A model generated the notes under the pieces. That model had not been told where the DNA came from. It did no database searches and saw nothing but the letters and a program-made list of their open reading frames with translations. A stretch of DNA of 64,000 nucleotides. Origin: Acidilobaceae archaeon (GTDB lineage: Archaea; Thermoproteota; Thermoprotei_A; Sulfolobales; Acidilobaceae). Each line of letters begins with the position of its first letter. Position 1 is the first letter of the stretch. The stretch lies in contig JAWAWX010000001.1 in assembly GCA_038897215.1 (NCBI GenBank), forward strand, positions 965,008-1,029,007, given 5' to 3'. Of this stretch, positions 52,927 through 61,651 are shown piece after piece. The position numbers were made by a program, and so were the translations under genes.

Positions 52927-53442
52927 CTAGGCTTTATCGAGAACTCTCCTCACTCTAGCCGAGCACTTAGAGCAGAATCTTGCAGGCTTCTCGTCTACCT
53001 CGAGTAGATTGTTGCTGAACCTCATGACGCACTCGTTATAGCAGTGCTCTAATCCTAGAAGGTGGCCGAGCTCGTGGAGAACCTCTTTCACAAGCCTTTC
53101 CAGAAACCTCTCAGGCTCTATCTCAGCCAGTCTTGCCGTGTACACACTCGCTACTCTCTTCTCCACGCTCGCTAAGCCAAAGACGAAGTTTAAACCCTCG
53201 TAGTAAGCGTCTCCAGCACAGACTGCTACCACGAGCCTAGACGGGTTCTCTAGGTAGAGTGAGAGAGCTCTAGCCACCTCCTCGTTCACCTCCCAAGACT
53301 TGAGCTGACCTCTGCTCCAGTCGAAGACCCTCCTGTAGTCTAGCTTGAGGGGTGTGAGTGAGACTCTGACTCTAACTCCTGGCTCGAGAGCTCTCTCCAG
53401 AGCTCTCTTCACGTGGTCGAGTATCTGGGGGTGGACTCCCAC
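52927..53442 (-). CDS. amzA: Archaemetzincin (peptidase M54)
   Basis: HELGHLLGLEHC, followed by CVM and the CSKC zinc-binding cysteines. Confidence 0.85.
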   Translation of the reverse strand: MGVHPQILDHVKRALERALEPGVRVRVSLTPLKLDYRRVFDWSRGQLKSWEVNEEVARALSLYLENPSRLVVAVCAGDAYYEGLNFVFGLASVEKRVASVYTARLAEIEPERFLERLVKEVLHELGHLLGLEHCYNECVMRFSNNLLEVDEKPARFCSKCSARVRRVLDKA

Positions 53443-53470
53443 TGGCTGGAGTAAGACCTCTAGAGGCGTC

Positions 53471-54334
53471 CTAAGACACCTCCTTCAAAGAGCTGACTAT
53501 GAGTCTACCTAGCTCTCTAGCTTGAGAGCTAGGAGAGTCTAGGAGAGCGTAGGCTGCGAGCATGAATGCCCCTCTCTCAGCGTAGACCTTGAACTCATCG
53601 AGGTAAAGCCCTCTGAGTAGCGTGCCCCAGAGAGACCCGGCTGTGCTGGGAGCACCTATTCTAGCGTCGTCGAGAGTAAAGCTTCTCTCTATGAATACAT
53701 CCGAGTCTAGAGGCCCCTCTGGGTACTCGGCTACAGTCTTCTCCAGGCTCTCTCTCCTGTTGATGCTGAGTAAAGCTATGGGGTGCACTCCTCTCCTCTT
53801 AGCGTTGAGTAGAGCTACGCGAGGAGCTCCTCTATGCAAGTCCGCTACTCTACTCCTACCAGGGAACTTGGTGAGCTCCTCTAAAACCCACAACGCTACA
53901 CTACACCTAGCCGCTACTACCGTAGTAGCTACCAGCCCGTTAGGCAACACTGGGGATGAGACATCGTAGTCCTCGAGACTAGCTACTAGGTGGTCGAGGA
54001 GAGCGTGCTCTAGATACGGCATGTCGTTAGGCAACACTAGAGCTTTATCGCAGACACTGCTCCGCAGAGCTCCAAGCACTCCAGCTAGCGGACCGGATAG
54101 CCTAGAGTCGTCGAGAACACTCCTGACCCCTAGCTCTCTCTCGTATAGTAGAGCTCTCTCCCTATCTCTAACAGCTACCACAACCTCATCCGCTACTCTC
54201 GCAGCCTTATCTATAACATGTGCTATCATAGGCTTCCCTCTGATAGGGTAGAGAGCCTTATCGACCCACCCCTCTCCCTCTATCTGGAACCTCCTAGAGG
54301 CTCCGCCCGAGAGGACTACGGCTATGACCTTCAA
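53471..54334 (-). CDS. mobA: Molybdenum cofactor guanylyltransferase MobA-like, with a ~90-aa C-terminal extension
   Basis: MKVIAVVLSGGASRRF...DKALYPIRGKPMIAHV is the MobA/NTP_transf_3 N-terminus. 4-nt overlap with the upstream moeA. Confidence 0.7.
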   Translation of the reverse strand: MKVIAVVLSGGASRRFQIEGEGWVDKALYPIRGKPMIAHVIDKAARVADEVVVAVRDRERALLYERELGVRSVLDDSRLSGPLAGVLGALRSSVCDKALVLPNDMPYLEHALLDHLVASLEDYDVSSPVLPNGLVATTVVAARCSVALWVLEELTKFPGRSRVADLHRGAPRVALLNAKRRGVHPIALLSINRRESLEKTVAEYPEGPLDSDVFIERSFTLDDARIGAPSTAGSLWGTLLRGLYLDEFKVYAERGAFMLAAYALLDSPSSQARELGRLIVSSLKEVS

Positions 54335-56298
54335 CTCTCCCAGACCACTGAAGCGTAGTCCTCGGGGATTCTGTAGCCCGGTAGCTTCTCGACCTCTCTC
54401 CGCGACTCCTCAAGAGCCTCTAGGAACCTCCTGACAGCAGGGCTCTCCAGCCTGCTCTTGGGTATCAGGAAGTCGTAGAGCTCCCAGCCTAGGCTCACGA
54501 AGTCTAAGCCGTAGAGCTCCGCAGCGATCCTGGTAGCCACTCCAGCGCTAGCTCTCCCTTGAGCTACGATAGCAGCTACAGCTGTGTGAGTTGAGACCTC
54601 GTAAGTGTAGCCCTCGACGCTCCTCGCTAGCGTAGCGAAGTCTACTCCCATCTTTTCAGCGAGCTTTCTCAACATGTAGTCTATCAGAGTCCTCGTGCCA
54701 GAGCCCTTGTTCCTATTAACTATCCTCAGCTTCTTAGACACCACGTCCTCGAAGCTACTGACCCCGTGGGGGTTCCCCTTAGGCACAACAATCCCCTGCT
54801 CTCTCAAAAAGCCTCTGACTAAGACAGCGTTCTTGACCCCGAGCTTCTCCAATACTGGGATGTTATACTCGCCCGTCTCCGGGTCGAAGAGATGGAGCCC
54901 CGAGATGTCCGAGTCTCCTCTAGAGACTGCCTCCACTCCTCCCAGAGACCCCACGTAGAGAGTCTTGACTCTACGCCCTAGCTTGGGTACTATGATGGAG
55001 TCTAGAGCTATATCGTGGCTCCCTATTACGTAGAGCTCTGCCGGCTTGTAGACGGGAGAGTAGAGAGTAGCCTCCACCTCCTCTCCTACATCGAGATACT
55101 CTACGTCCTCCCCCACTGATATGTAGCCCTCAGCTACGCTTAGAGCTCTCACAGCGCCAGAGTCCGCTGGGATGGGGTACGCTACTATCTCGTCTCCACG
55201 CTTGACTAAACTCACGGGGACTAGGGCTCTCCTCCCCTTTGCTCCCTCGACTCTCCTAGCTAGCCTTGCTCTGACAACGGGGGGCTCCTCGTCTATGCAG
55301 AGCCCTCTCCTGATAGCTGGCTTGACTATCAGATTGAATATAGTCAATGCTGCCCCAGGGTGGCCTGGAAGACCGAAGATCATCTTCCCCGAGTTCGTTA
55401 CAGCTATCAGAGTAGGCTTCCCCGGCTTGACTAGAAGCCCGTGAGCTATAATCTTAGCTGAGTCTATGCTCTCAACTACTCTGTAGACGTAGTCAGTGGG
55501 TCCTGCTGAAGTGCCTCCAGACACGATCACTATATCGTTCTCTCTCAATGCTCTATCGATGGCTGACGAGATAGCCTCAAAGCTGTCTTCAACAATACCC
55601 ACGACATTAGGCTCTGCTCCGACCTCGAGAAGCCCTGCTGTGACCGAGTACGTGTTCACATCGTAGACCTTCCCCGGAGAGAGAGCCGAGCCGGGCTCGA
55701 TGAGTTCCACTCCCGTCGATATAACAGCTACTCTAGGCTTCTTGAAGACTCTGACTCCTCTACGCCCTACTGCTGCTAGAACTGCTATCTCTCTCTCCCC
55801 TAGCCTAGTACACTTCCTCAAAACCAGGTCTCCTAGAGAGACGTCTGAGCCTATCTTAGCCGTGTTCTCTCCCGGAGCTACGCTCTTGTACACTAAGACT
55901 TCTTCGCCTACTCTCTTAGTGTACTCTATCATGACTACCGAGTCAGCTCCCGGGGGGAGAGGAGCGCCCGTATCTATCTCCACAGCCTCGCCGTGCTTGA
56001 CCTCTACTCGAGGCCACTCTCCCACCTTAATAGACCCGACGACTCTCAGCTTTCTAGGCGCTACCTCTGAGGCATGGCTGAGGTCTAGAGACCTGACCGC
56101 GTAGCCGTCTACCGTAGACCTGGTGAATGGAGGATAGTCTACCTTGGAGTAGACGTCCTCAGCTAGGATTCTCCCGTAGGCTCTGTGTAGCTCTACCTCC
56201 TCTACTCCCCACGCTCCCGGCTTGACGTACTCCATGAGTCTAGCTAGAGCCTCCTCGGGCTTGAGGAGAACGTGGAATATCCTCCTCTCCGAGCTCAC
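54331..56298 (-). CDS. moeA: Molybdopterin molybdenumtransferase MoeA, long form with a C-terminal periplasmic-binding-protein-like domain
   Basis: MoeA N, MoCF-binding (VSGGTSAGPTDY) and C domains, followed by ~230 aa ending in a PBP-like fold. This is the architecture I recall for archaeal long MoeA. Confidence 0.8.
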   Translation of the reverse strand: MSSERRIFHVLLKPEEALARLMEYVKPGAWGVEEVELHRAYGRILAEDVYSKVDYPPFTRSTVDGYAVRSLDLSHASEVAPRKLRVVGSIKVGEWPRVEVKHGEAVEIDTGAPLPPGADSVVMIEYTKRVGEEVLVYKSVAPGENTAKIGSDVSLGDLVLRKCTRLGEREIAVLAAVGRRGVRVFKKPRVAVISTGVELIEPGSALSPGKVYDVNTYSVTAGLLEVGAEPNVVGIVEDSFEAISSAIDRALRENDIVIVSGGTSAGPTDYVYRVVESIDSAKIIAHGLLVKPGKPTLIAVTNSGKMIFGLPGHPGAALTIFNLIVKPAIRRGLCIDEEPPVVRARLARRVEGAKGRRALVPVSLVKRGDEIVAYPIPADSGAVRALSVAEGYISVGEDVEYLDVGEEVEATLYSPVYKPAELYVIGSHDIALDSIIVPKLGRRVKTLYVGSLGGVEAVSRGDSDISGLHLFDPETGEYNIPVLEKLGVKNAVLVRGFLREQGIVVPKGNPHGVSSFEDVVSKKLRIVNRNKGSGTRTLIDYMLRKLAEKMGVDFATLARSVEGYTYEVSTHTAVAAIVAQGRASAGVATRIAAELYGLDFVSLGWELYDFLIPKSRLESPAVRRFLEALEESRREVEKLPGYRIPEDYASVVWES

Positions 56299-57566
56299 TC
56301 CTCCACACCTCTGTAGAGGTATACCTCCACTACCTCCCCCTCATCGTACCCCTCTCTAGTCTCAGGGACTACTAGGAGACCGTTCCCTCTCACTAGAGTG
56401 CTGAGCACTCCGCTACCTGTGACTGCGAGAGGCTCAACGTATACCCCCCCGTCTCCGCTCCTGAATACCCTTACTCTCACATAGCTTCTCACATTGTAGG
56501 GGGTTGTGACTCTCCTGAGCAAGACTCCCGAGACTACGGGTCTCGGCTCGCTTTGAGCGCTCACCATGTGGTTGAGGATAGGCTCTACTAGCGCCTCGAA
56601 TCCAACGATCGCAGCTACGGGGAACCCGCTCAGAATGAAGACGGGCTTCCCGTTGACTACGGCTATGCTGTTAGCTCTACCTGGTCTCATGAGCACTCCG
56701 TGGGCTATGTACTCGGGGTTCAGCTTTGAGACCGCTGACACTGTGACGTCTACTCTGCCGACTGAGGCTCCTCCGAGAGTCACTACTGCGTCGTAGCTCG
56801 AGAGAGCTCCTCTAACAGTCTCCAAGACCGCGGCCTCGTCGTCTGGAAGAAGCCCCATGTAGACTGGAGTGAAGCCTAGCCTCTCTATCATAGCGGTTAT
56901 AGCGAACCTGTTCGAGTTCACTACCTTGCCCTCACTGTAGACTCTAACCGGGTCCTCTACGTCCTCCAGCTCTACCAGCTCGCTACCTATACTGACTACT
57001 GCTACCCTGAGGTCGTAGACTTTGACTCGCTTAAGCCCCATAGCCGCGATTATAGCGAGATCCCAGGGCTGTAGCCTAGCTCCTCTCCTGAGGAGAACCT
57101 CCCCTTCTCTGAAATCCTCCCCCACGATAGACACGTTGGCGCCCGGGGCTACTGCTGAGTATACCTCCACCTCGCTCTCGCTAACTCTCCTAGTGTTCTC
57201 GTACATGACAACTGAGTCAGCGTCCTCAGGTAGGCAGGCACCCGTGGAGACCTCGACTGCCTCCCCTGCTCTCAGCTTCACACTAGGCTTGTCGCCGACT
57301 CTAATGAAGCCAACGACCTTGAGTCTAGCCGGGTTGTAGAGGCTAGAGCCTACAGTGTCTACGCTACGAACAGCGTAGCCGTCGACTAGGCTTCTTCTAC
57401 ACGTAGGGAGGCTGAAGGAGGGGATGAGGTCTTCGGCTAAGATTTTGCCGAGTGCTTTCTCGAGAGGTATCTCGACTACTGGAGGTTTGTGGGTCACTCT
57501 CCTCTTAGCGTCCTCGACGACCTCCACTACGCTCTTGAACTTCTTGAAGCCTCCTGGAGAGCTCAA
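56295..57566 (-). CDS. moeA: Molybdopterin molybdenumtransferase MoeA (standard length)
   Basis: SLVDGYAVRS, VVTLGGASVGRVD and a length of 423 aa. 4-nt overlap with the downstream long moeA. Confidence 0.85.
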   Translation of the reverse strand: MSSPGGFKKFKSVVEVVEDAKRRVTHKPPVVEIPLEKALGKILAEDLIPSFSLPTCRRSLVDGYAVRSVDTVGSSLYNPARLKVVGFIRVGDKPSVKLRAGEAVEVSTGACLPEDADSVVMYENTRRVSESEVEVYSAVAPGANVSIVGEDFREGEVLLRRGARLQPWDLAIIAAMGLKRVKVYDLRVAVVSIGSELVELEDVEDPVRVYSEGKVVNSNRFAITAMIERLGFTPVYMGLLPDDEAAVLETVRGALSSYDAVVTLGGASVGRVDVTVSAVSKLNPEYIAHGVLMRPGRANSIAVVNGKPVFILSGFPVAAIVGFEALVEPILNHMVSAQSEPRPVVSGVLLRRVTTPYNVRSYVRVRVFRSGDGGVYVEPLAVTGSGVLSTLVRGNGLLVVPETREGYDEGEVVEVYLYRGVEE

Positions 57567-57607
57567 GCTGAAGTCACCGAGGAGTAATCTATGGGAATCA
57601 GTTACCC

Positions 57608-57617
57608 TAATATATTA
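57608..57617. promoter_or_regulatory. Perfect 10-bp palindromic TATA-like element TAATATATTA between the divergent moeA operon and the encapsulin gene
   Basis: Lies 42 nt from the moeA TTG (57566) and 62 nt from the encapsulin GTG (57679). A second CTTAATAC sits at about 57634-57644. Confidence 0.35.
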
Positions 57618-57678
57618 ACAGCCTCTACGGAGAGCTTAATACCCAGCCTGAGCGATCTAGAGCTTTGAGGCGGTCTCA

Positions 57679-58728
57679 GTGTTCGCCCGACATCCTCTAG
57701 AGTCTAGAGAGAGCAGGATATCTAGGAGTAGACTCGCCGAGGCTCTCAGGCTATCAATGATGGCTGAGCTAGACGCTATAAACATGTATCTCCAGTTCGC
57801 TGAAGCCTTGGAGGACGAGAGGTTCAGGAAGCTCTTCCTCGACGTGGCCAGAGAGGAGAAGACCCACCTGGGAGAGTTCCTGGCTGCTCTAAGAGAGGTC
57901 GATGAGGAGCAGGCGAGAGAACTCGAAGAAGGCTATAGAGAGGCGGCTGAGCTACTGGGAGCTAGAGTCGAGGGAGAGCGCTCGACCGAGAATCCTTCAG
58001 CGAGAGCTCTAGACCCCGAGAGTCTAGCGAGAGAGCTGGAGAAGAGTTCTAGAGAGGCTCTCGAGAAGCTGAGAGTCTTCAGGAAGCACATCCCCGTAGT
58101 CAGAGTACCGCCGGGAACTCTAGCTGTGCCCGTGAGGCAGGACCTTGAAGAGCTGGCTCGGCTAACAGAGATATCGGATAAGATCCGCTTATCTAAGCTA
58201 GCTCTAGAAGCCTCCGGCTTAGCTAACACCACGCTGTACGCTGAAGAGGTCTGGAGAGCTGCGAGAGAGATAGCGAGAAGAGAGAACACTCTAATACTCG
58301 ACTCTCTGAGAGAGCGAGCACGCGTCAAGACGAGCAGGAGAAGCTGGGACACGCCGGGAGAGGCCTTGGAGGACGTTGCCTCAGCTCTGGCAGAGCTCTT
58401 GAGGAATGGAGCAGTACCGCCATTCATCCTAGTCCTGAGTCCCGCTACGTACGCTAAGCTGGTTGCTGTTCACGAGAAGACGGGAGTCCTGGAGGTAGAG
58501 AGAGTCAGAGCTCTCGTAGGAGAGATCGTGGTCTCTCCGGAGGCGGGAGACTACGTGATCCTAGCGTCAGCAAACCCCGCTGTTCTCGACCTCGTGGTTG
58601 GAGCGGATGGAGACGTAGAGTTCCTAGGCCCCGAGAACGGACACTACGTCTACAGGCTACGCGAGACTATAGCTCTCAGAGTGAAGAGCCCCGAGTGTGT
58701 AGCCGTGCTCGAGAGTAAGCGGGGATGA
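57679..58728 (+). CDS. Encapsulin shell protein with a fused N-terminal ferritin-like (Flp) domain (P. furiosus PfV type)
   Basis: The N-terminus LRLSMMAELDAINMYLQFAE...FLDVAREEKTHLGEFLAAL parallels PfV (LRLAIIAELDAINLYEQMAR...LLDVAREEKAHVGEFMALL). The C-terminus ILASANPAVLDLVVGADGDVEFLGPENGHYVYRLRETIALRVKSPECVAVLE parallels IIFANTPAVLDVVVGQDVTLQELGPEGDDVAFLVSEAIGIRIKNPEAIVVLE. 349 aa versus ~345 aa. The comparison sequence is from memory. Confidence 0.85.
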   Translation: MFARHPLESRESRISRSRLAEALRLSMMAELDAINMYLQFAEALEDERFRKLFLDVAREEKTHLGEFLAALREVDEEQARELEEGYREAAELLGARVEGERSTENPSARALDPESLARELEKSSREALEKLRVFRKHIPVVRVPPGTLAVPVRQDLEELARLTEISDKIRLSKLALEASGLANTTLYAEEVWRAAREIARRENTLILDSLRERARVKTSRRSWDTPGEALEDVASALAELLRNGAVPPFILVLSPATYAKLVAVHEKTGVLEVERVRALVGEIVVSPEAGDYVILASANPAVLDLVVGADGDVEFLGPENGHYVYRLRETIALRVKSPECVAVLESKRG

Positions 58729-58747
58729 GTTCTTGCCTGGAGCCTCG

Positions 58748-59191
58748 ATGGTAGACGTCACGGAGAAGCCTGTGAGCCTGAGAGAGGCGGTAGCTAGAGG
58801 CAGGGTATTGCTGAAGCCTGAGACAGTGAAGCTGATCAGGGAGAGGAGAGTAGAGAAGGGTGATGTTGAGAGCGTGGCATCAGTAGCAGCTATACTTGCT
58901 GTTAAGAGAACACCCGAGATTATACCTCTCTGCCACCCCATCCCCATAACCCACGTTAGCGTAGACTTCTCCTATGGAGAGGACTACGTGGAGGTAGCTG
59001 TTAGAGTGAGAGCTAAGGCTGAGACAGGGGTAGAGATGGAGGCTCTAGCTGGGGTCACGGCTGCTCTCCTAGCCGTCTGGGATATGGTCAAAAAGTATGA
59101 GAAAGACGAGGCTGGCCAGTACCCGACGACTAGGATCGAGGGGGTTAGAGTAGAGTCTAAGACTAAGCTAGTCCTTGAGGAAAAAGTCTAG
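58748..59191 (+). CDS. moaC: Cyclic pyranopterin monophosphate synthase MoaC
   Basis: MVDVTEKP...AVKRTPEIIPLCHPIPIT...TGVEMEALAGV. I prefer ATG 58748. The ORF track starts at TTG 58733. Confidence 0.9.
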   Translation: MVDVTEKPVSLREAVARGRVLLKPETVKLIRERRVEKGDVESVASVAAILAVKRTPEIIPLCHPIPITHVSVDFSYGEDYVEVAVRVRAKAETGVEMEALAGVTAALLAVWDMVKKYEKDEAGQYPTTRIEGVRVESKTKLVLEEKV

Positions 59192-60598
59192 ACCCTTGAA
59201 CTTAGCCTCTCTCCTCTCTCTATCCTCAACGGCTCTCCTCCCCTCCTCGCTAGGCTTTGGCTGAACTCTCTGAGGCTTCTGCTTCTCCGGAGGCGGGGCT
59301 TCACGCATTCTCTTAAGCTTCTCCACAGCTCTCACAACGTTCTCAGCATTAGGACCCGCTAGAAACTTGACCATCTCCTTGTCGAGACCGTAGCCGATAG
59401 CCAGCCTTGCTGCTGTAAGCGTAGACTCGGGGCTCCTGAATATAGCGAAGAGGAAGGGGAGTATCTCAGCCTTTATGAGGCTTCTAGAGGCTAGAATCCT
59501 GTGCGATAGATGGTCCGCGATTCTCTCTCTAGCCTCTCTAGCGCTCTTCAGCTGCGCCGCGAGCTTTATCTTATCGGGATAGCTGTATCTAGATGGAGAG
59601 AGCTTAGAGGACGGAGACTTGGCTAGAGCCACGCCCGGCCCCATCATGTCGAAGACGTAGGATAGCAGACTCCACTCTCCCAGAGTCTTGGCTCTAGACA
59701 AGTACACTGAGGCTCTGCTGAGTGCTTCGAGAGCCCTGTAGAGGTCCGAGGGGTCAGCGTACTTCTTGTGTATGTTGTCTGAGAGCCAGAGTAGGAGAGT
59801 CTCGTAGTCTAGCTCGCTCTGAGTTACAGCACTCTTCGCTTTCCAGCACTTGTCAGCGTATATTATCGAGTTGAGAGTCCTCCAGACGTCTATACTCTTC
59901 TCTCTACCCTTGACGAGCATTCTGGCAAGGTCTAGAGTAACTCTGCCATAGCCTTCTGCTAGAGCCTGGAGATCGTTTATCGCTGCTCTAGCGTCTCCCT
60001 CGCTCTTCTCGGCTATGAATCTGAGAGCTTCTCTATCACACTGAATCCTCTCCATATCGCAGATCTTCTGGAGAAGCGAGACTAGCATTGGTGGAGTGAG
60101 GTTCTTGAACTCCACCATCAAGACTAGATTCTCGTCTCTCAGAGGTCTCAGACTCTCTTTCCACGGGTCGTTCGCCGTCATGACTATAGGATTCTGGGTC
60201 TTCTTGATGAATTCTATTAGAGTCTCGAGGCCACCCTCGTCTGCTTTAGGGTCCATCCCGTCTACTTCATCCATCAGTATTATTAAGCCTCTCTTCATGA
60301 GAGGCCTCTTGCTAATAGCTACTCCTACTGTTCTCTCTATGTCCGCCTTCCTCCTATAGTCGCTAGCATTTAGTTCTAGAATCTCGAGGTCGTGCTCGCG
60401 AGCTATGGCTTCCACGAGGCTAGTCTTCCCGACACCCGGAGGCCCGTAGAGTAGCGCTGCCTTCTGTCTAGGGGGCTTTCCGGAAAGCCATTCTCTAATC
60501 CACTCTACGAGAGCCTTCTTTGCTTCTTCCTGGTCTACTACATCGTCTACTCTTCTAGGCCTGTACTTGATGACCCAGGGTAGAGCTCTCTCCTGCAT
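59168..60598 (-). CDS. rfcL: Replication factor C large subunit
   Basis: PWVIKYRP, LLYGPPGVGKTS (Walker A), ILMDEVDG (Walker B) and a basic C-terminal tail with a PIP-like ending (KGLDFFL). Confidence 0.92.
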   Translation of the reverse strand: MQERALPWVIKYRPRRVDDVVDQEEAKKALVEWIREWLSGKPPRQKAALLYGPPGVGKTSLVEAIAREHDLEILELNASDYRRKADIERTVGVAISKRPLMKRGLIILMDEVDGMDPKADEGGLETLIEFIKKTQNPIVMTANDPWKESLRPLRDENLVLMVEFKNLTPPMLVSLLQKICDMERIQCDREALRFIAEKSEGDARAAINDLQALAEGYGRVTLDLARMLVKGREKSIDVWRTLNSIIYADKCWKAKSAVTQSELDYETLLLWLSDNIHKKYADPSDLYRALEALSRASVYLSRAKTLGEWSLLSYVFDMMGPGVALAKSPSSKLSPSRYSYPDKIKLAAQLKSAREARERIADHLSHRILASRSLIKAEILPFLFAIFRSPESTLTAARLAIGYGLDKEMVKFLAGPNAENVVRAVEKLKRMREAPPPEKQKPQRVQPKPSEEGRRAVEDRERREAKFKGLDFFLKD

Positions 60599-60599
60599 T

Positions 60600-61574
60600 T
60601 CAGCCTAGTCTCCTCCCTAGCAGAGAGAGCCACGCTAGTAGAGCTGAGAGCTGGATATCGTCGTCTGCTCCCTCGACTAGCCTGAAGTGTATTTCTCCCA
60701 GGTAGTCTGCTATGAGTACTCTGACCTCTTCTGGGATGTTGAGGTCGGGGCCGAAGATCTCTCTGTGGATCTGCCTTACTATATCCTCCCCGCTCAGACC
60801 GTACTCTAGCATAAGCTTTCTCAGCATGTTGCGAGCTGTCAGGAAGTCTCCTCCGAGAGCAGTCTTGATCATCTCTCTAACCTCCTTAGGCTTAGCCATA
60901 CCCACGACTTTGAAGACAGAGTCGACAGTGACCCTGCCTAGAGCTGAAGCGGCTTGAAGGATGTTTATCGCTTTCCTCATGTCTCCCTCACTTATCTCAT
61001 ATATGACGTCAAGAGCTTCATCGTCGTAGCTGACACCCTCTCTCTCAGCTATGTACTTAAGCCTGCTCACCACGTCCTCTTTCTTGAGCGACGTGAATCT
61101 AAAGAACGCGCACCTGCTCTGAATAGGGTCTATGATCTTAGAGGGGTAATTCGCTATCAGTATGAATCTCGTCACGCCAGAGTATAGCTCCATGAGTCTT
61201 CTGAGAGCTTGCTGAGCATCGCCAGTCATGTTGTCTGCCTCGTCTAAGAGCACGATCTTAAAGGGAACCCCCTCGGGAGCACGGCTTCTAGCGAACTCCT
61301 TAACCTTCTCTCTTATCACGTTAATGCCTCTCTCATCGCTAGCGTTGAGTTCCAGCATGTACTGCCTGTAGTTCTCCCCGTAGAGGTCGTGTGCTAGAGC
61401 GTGAGCAGCCGTAGTCTTCCCCGTGCCCGGCGGTCCGGCGAAAAGCAAATGGGGCATGTTTCTCTCTTTTACGAATAGCTTGAGCCTAGCTACTACCTCC
61501 GTCTGGTTGACTATATCGTCTAGAGTTCTCGGTCTATACTTCTCGACCCAGAGGATCTCGGCTATCGAGCTCAC
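60600..61574 (-). CDS. rfcS: Replication factor C small subunit
   Basis: WVEKYRP, FAGPPGTGKTT, LLDEADNMT and SRC (QSRCAFFRF). No intein, judging by the length of 324 aa. Confidence 0.95.
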   Translation of the reverse strand: MSSIAEILWVEKYRPRTLDDIVNQTEVVARLKLFVKERNMPHLLFAGPPGTGKTTAAHALAHDLYGENYRQYMLELNASDERGINVIREKVKEFARSRAPEGVPFKIVLLDEADNMTGDAQQALRRLMELYSGVTRFILIANYPSKIIDPIQSRCAFFRFTSLKKEDVVSRLKYIAEREGVSYDDEALDVIYEISEGDMRKAINILQAASALGRVTVDSVFKVVGMAKPKEVREMIKTALGGDFLTARNMLRKLMLEYGLSGEDIVRQIHREIFGPDLNIPEEVRVLIADYLGEIHFRLVEGADDDIQLSALLAWLSLLGRRLG

Positions 61575-61651
61575 TGAGGCACACCCACTCCACTCTTATC
61601 GCGAGCAGAGAGACTTTAAAAGAGGCACGAGGCTAGTCTCTTTTCTGCTCT

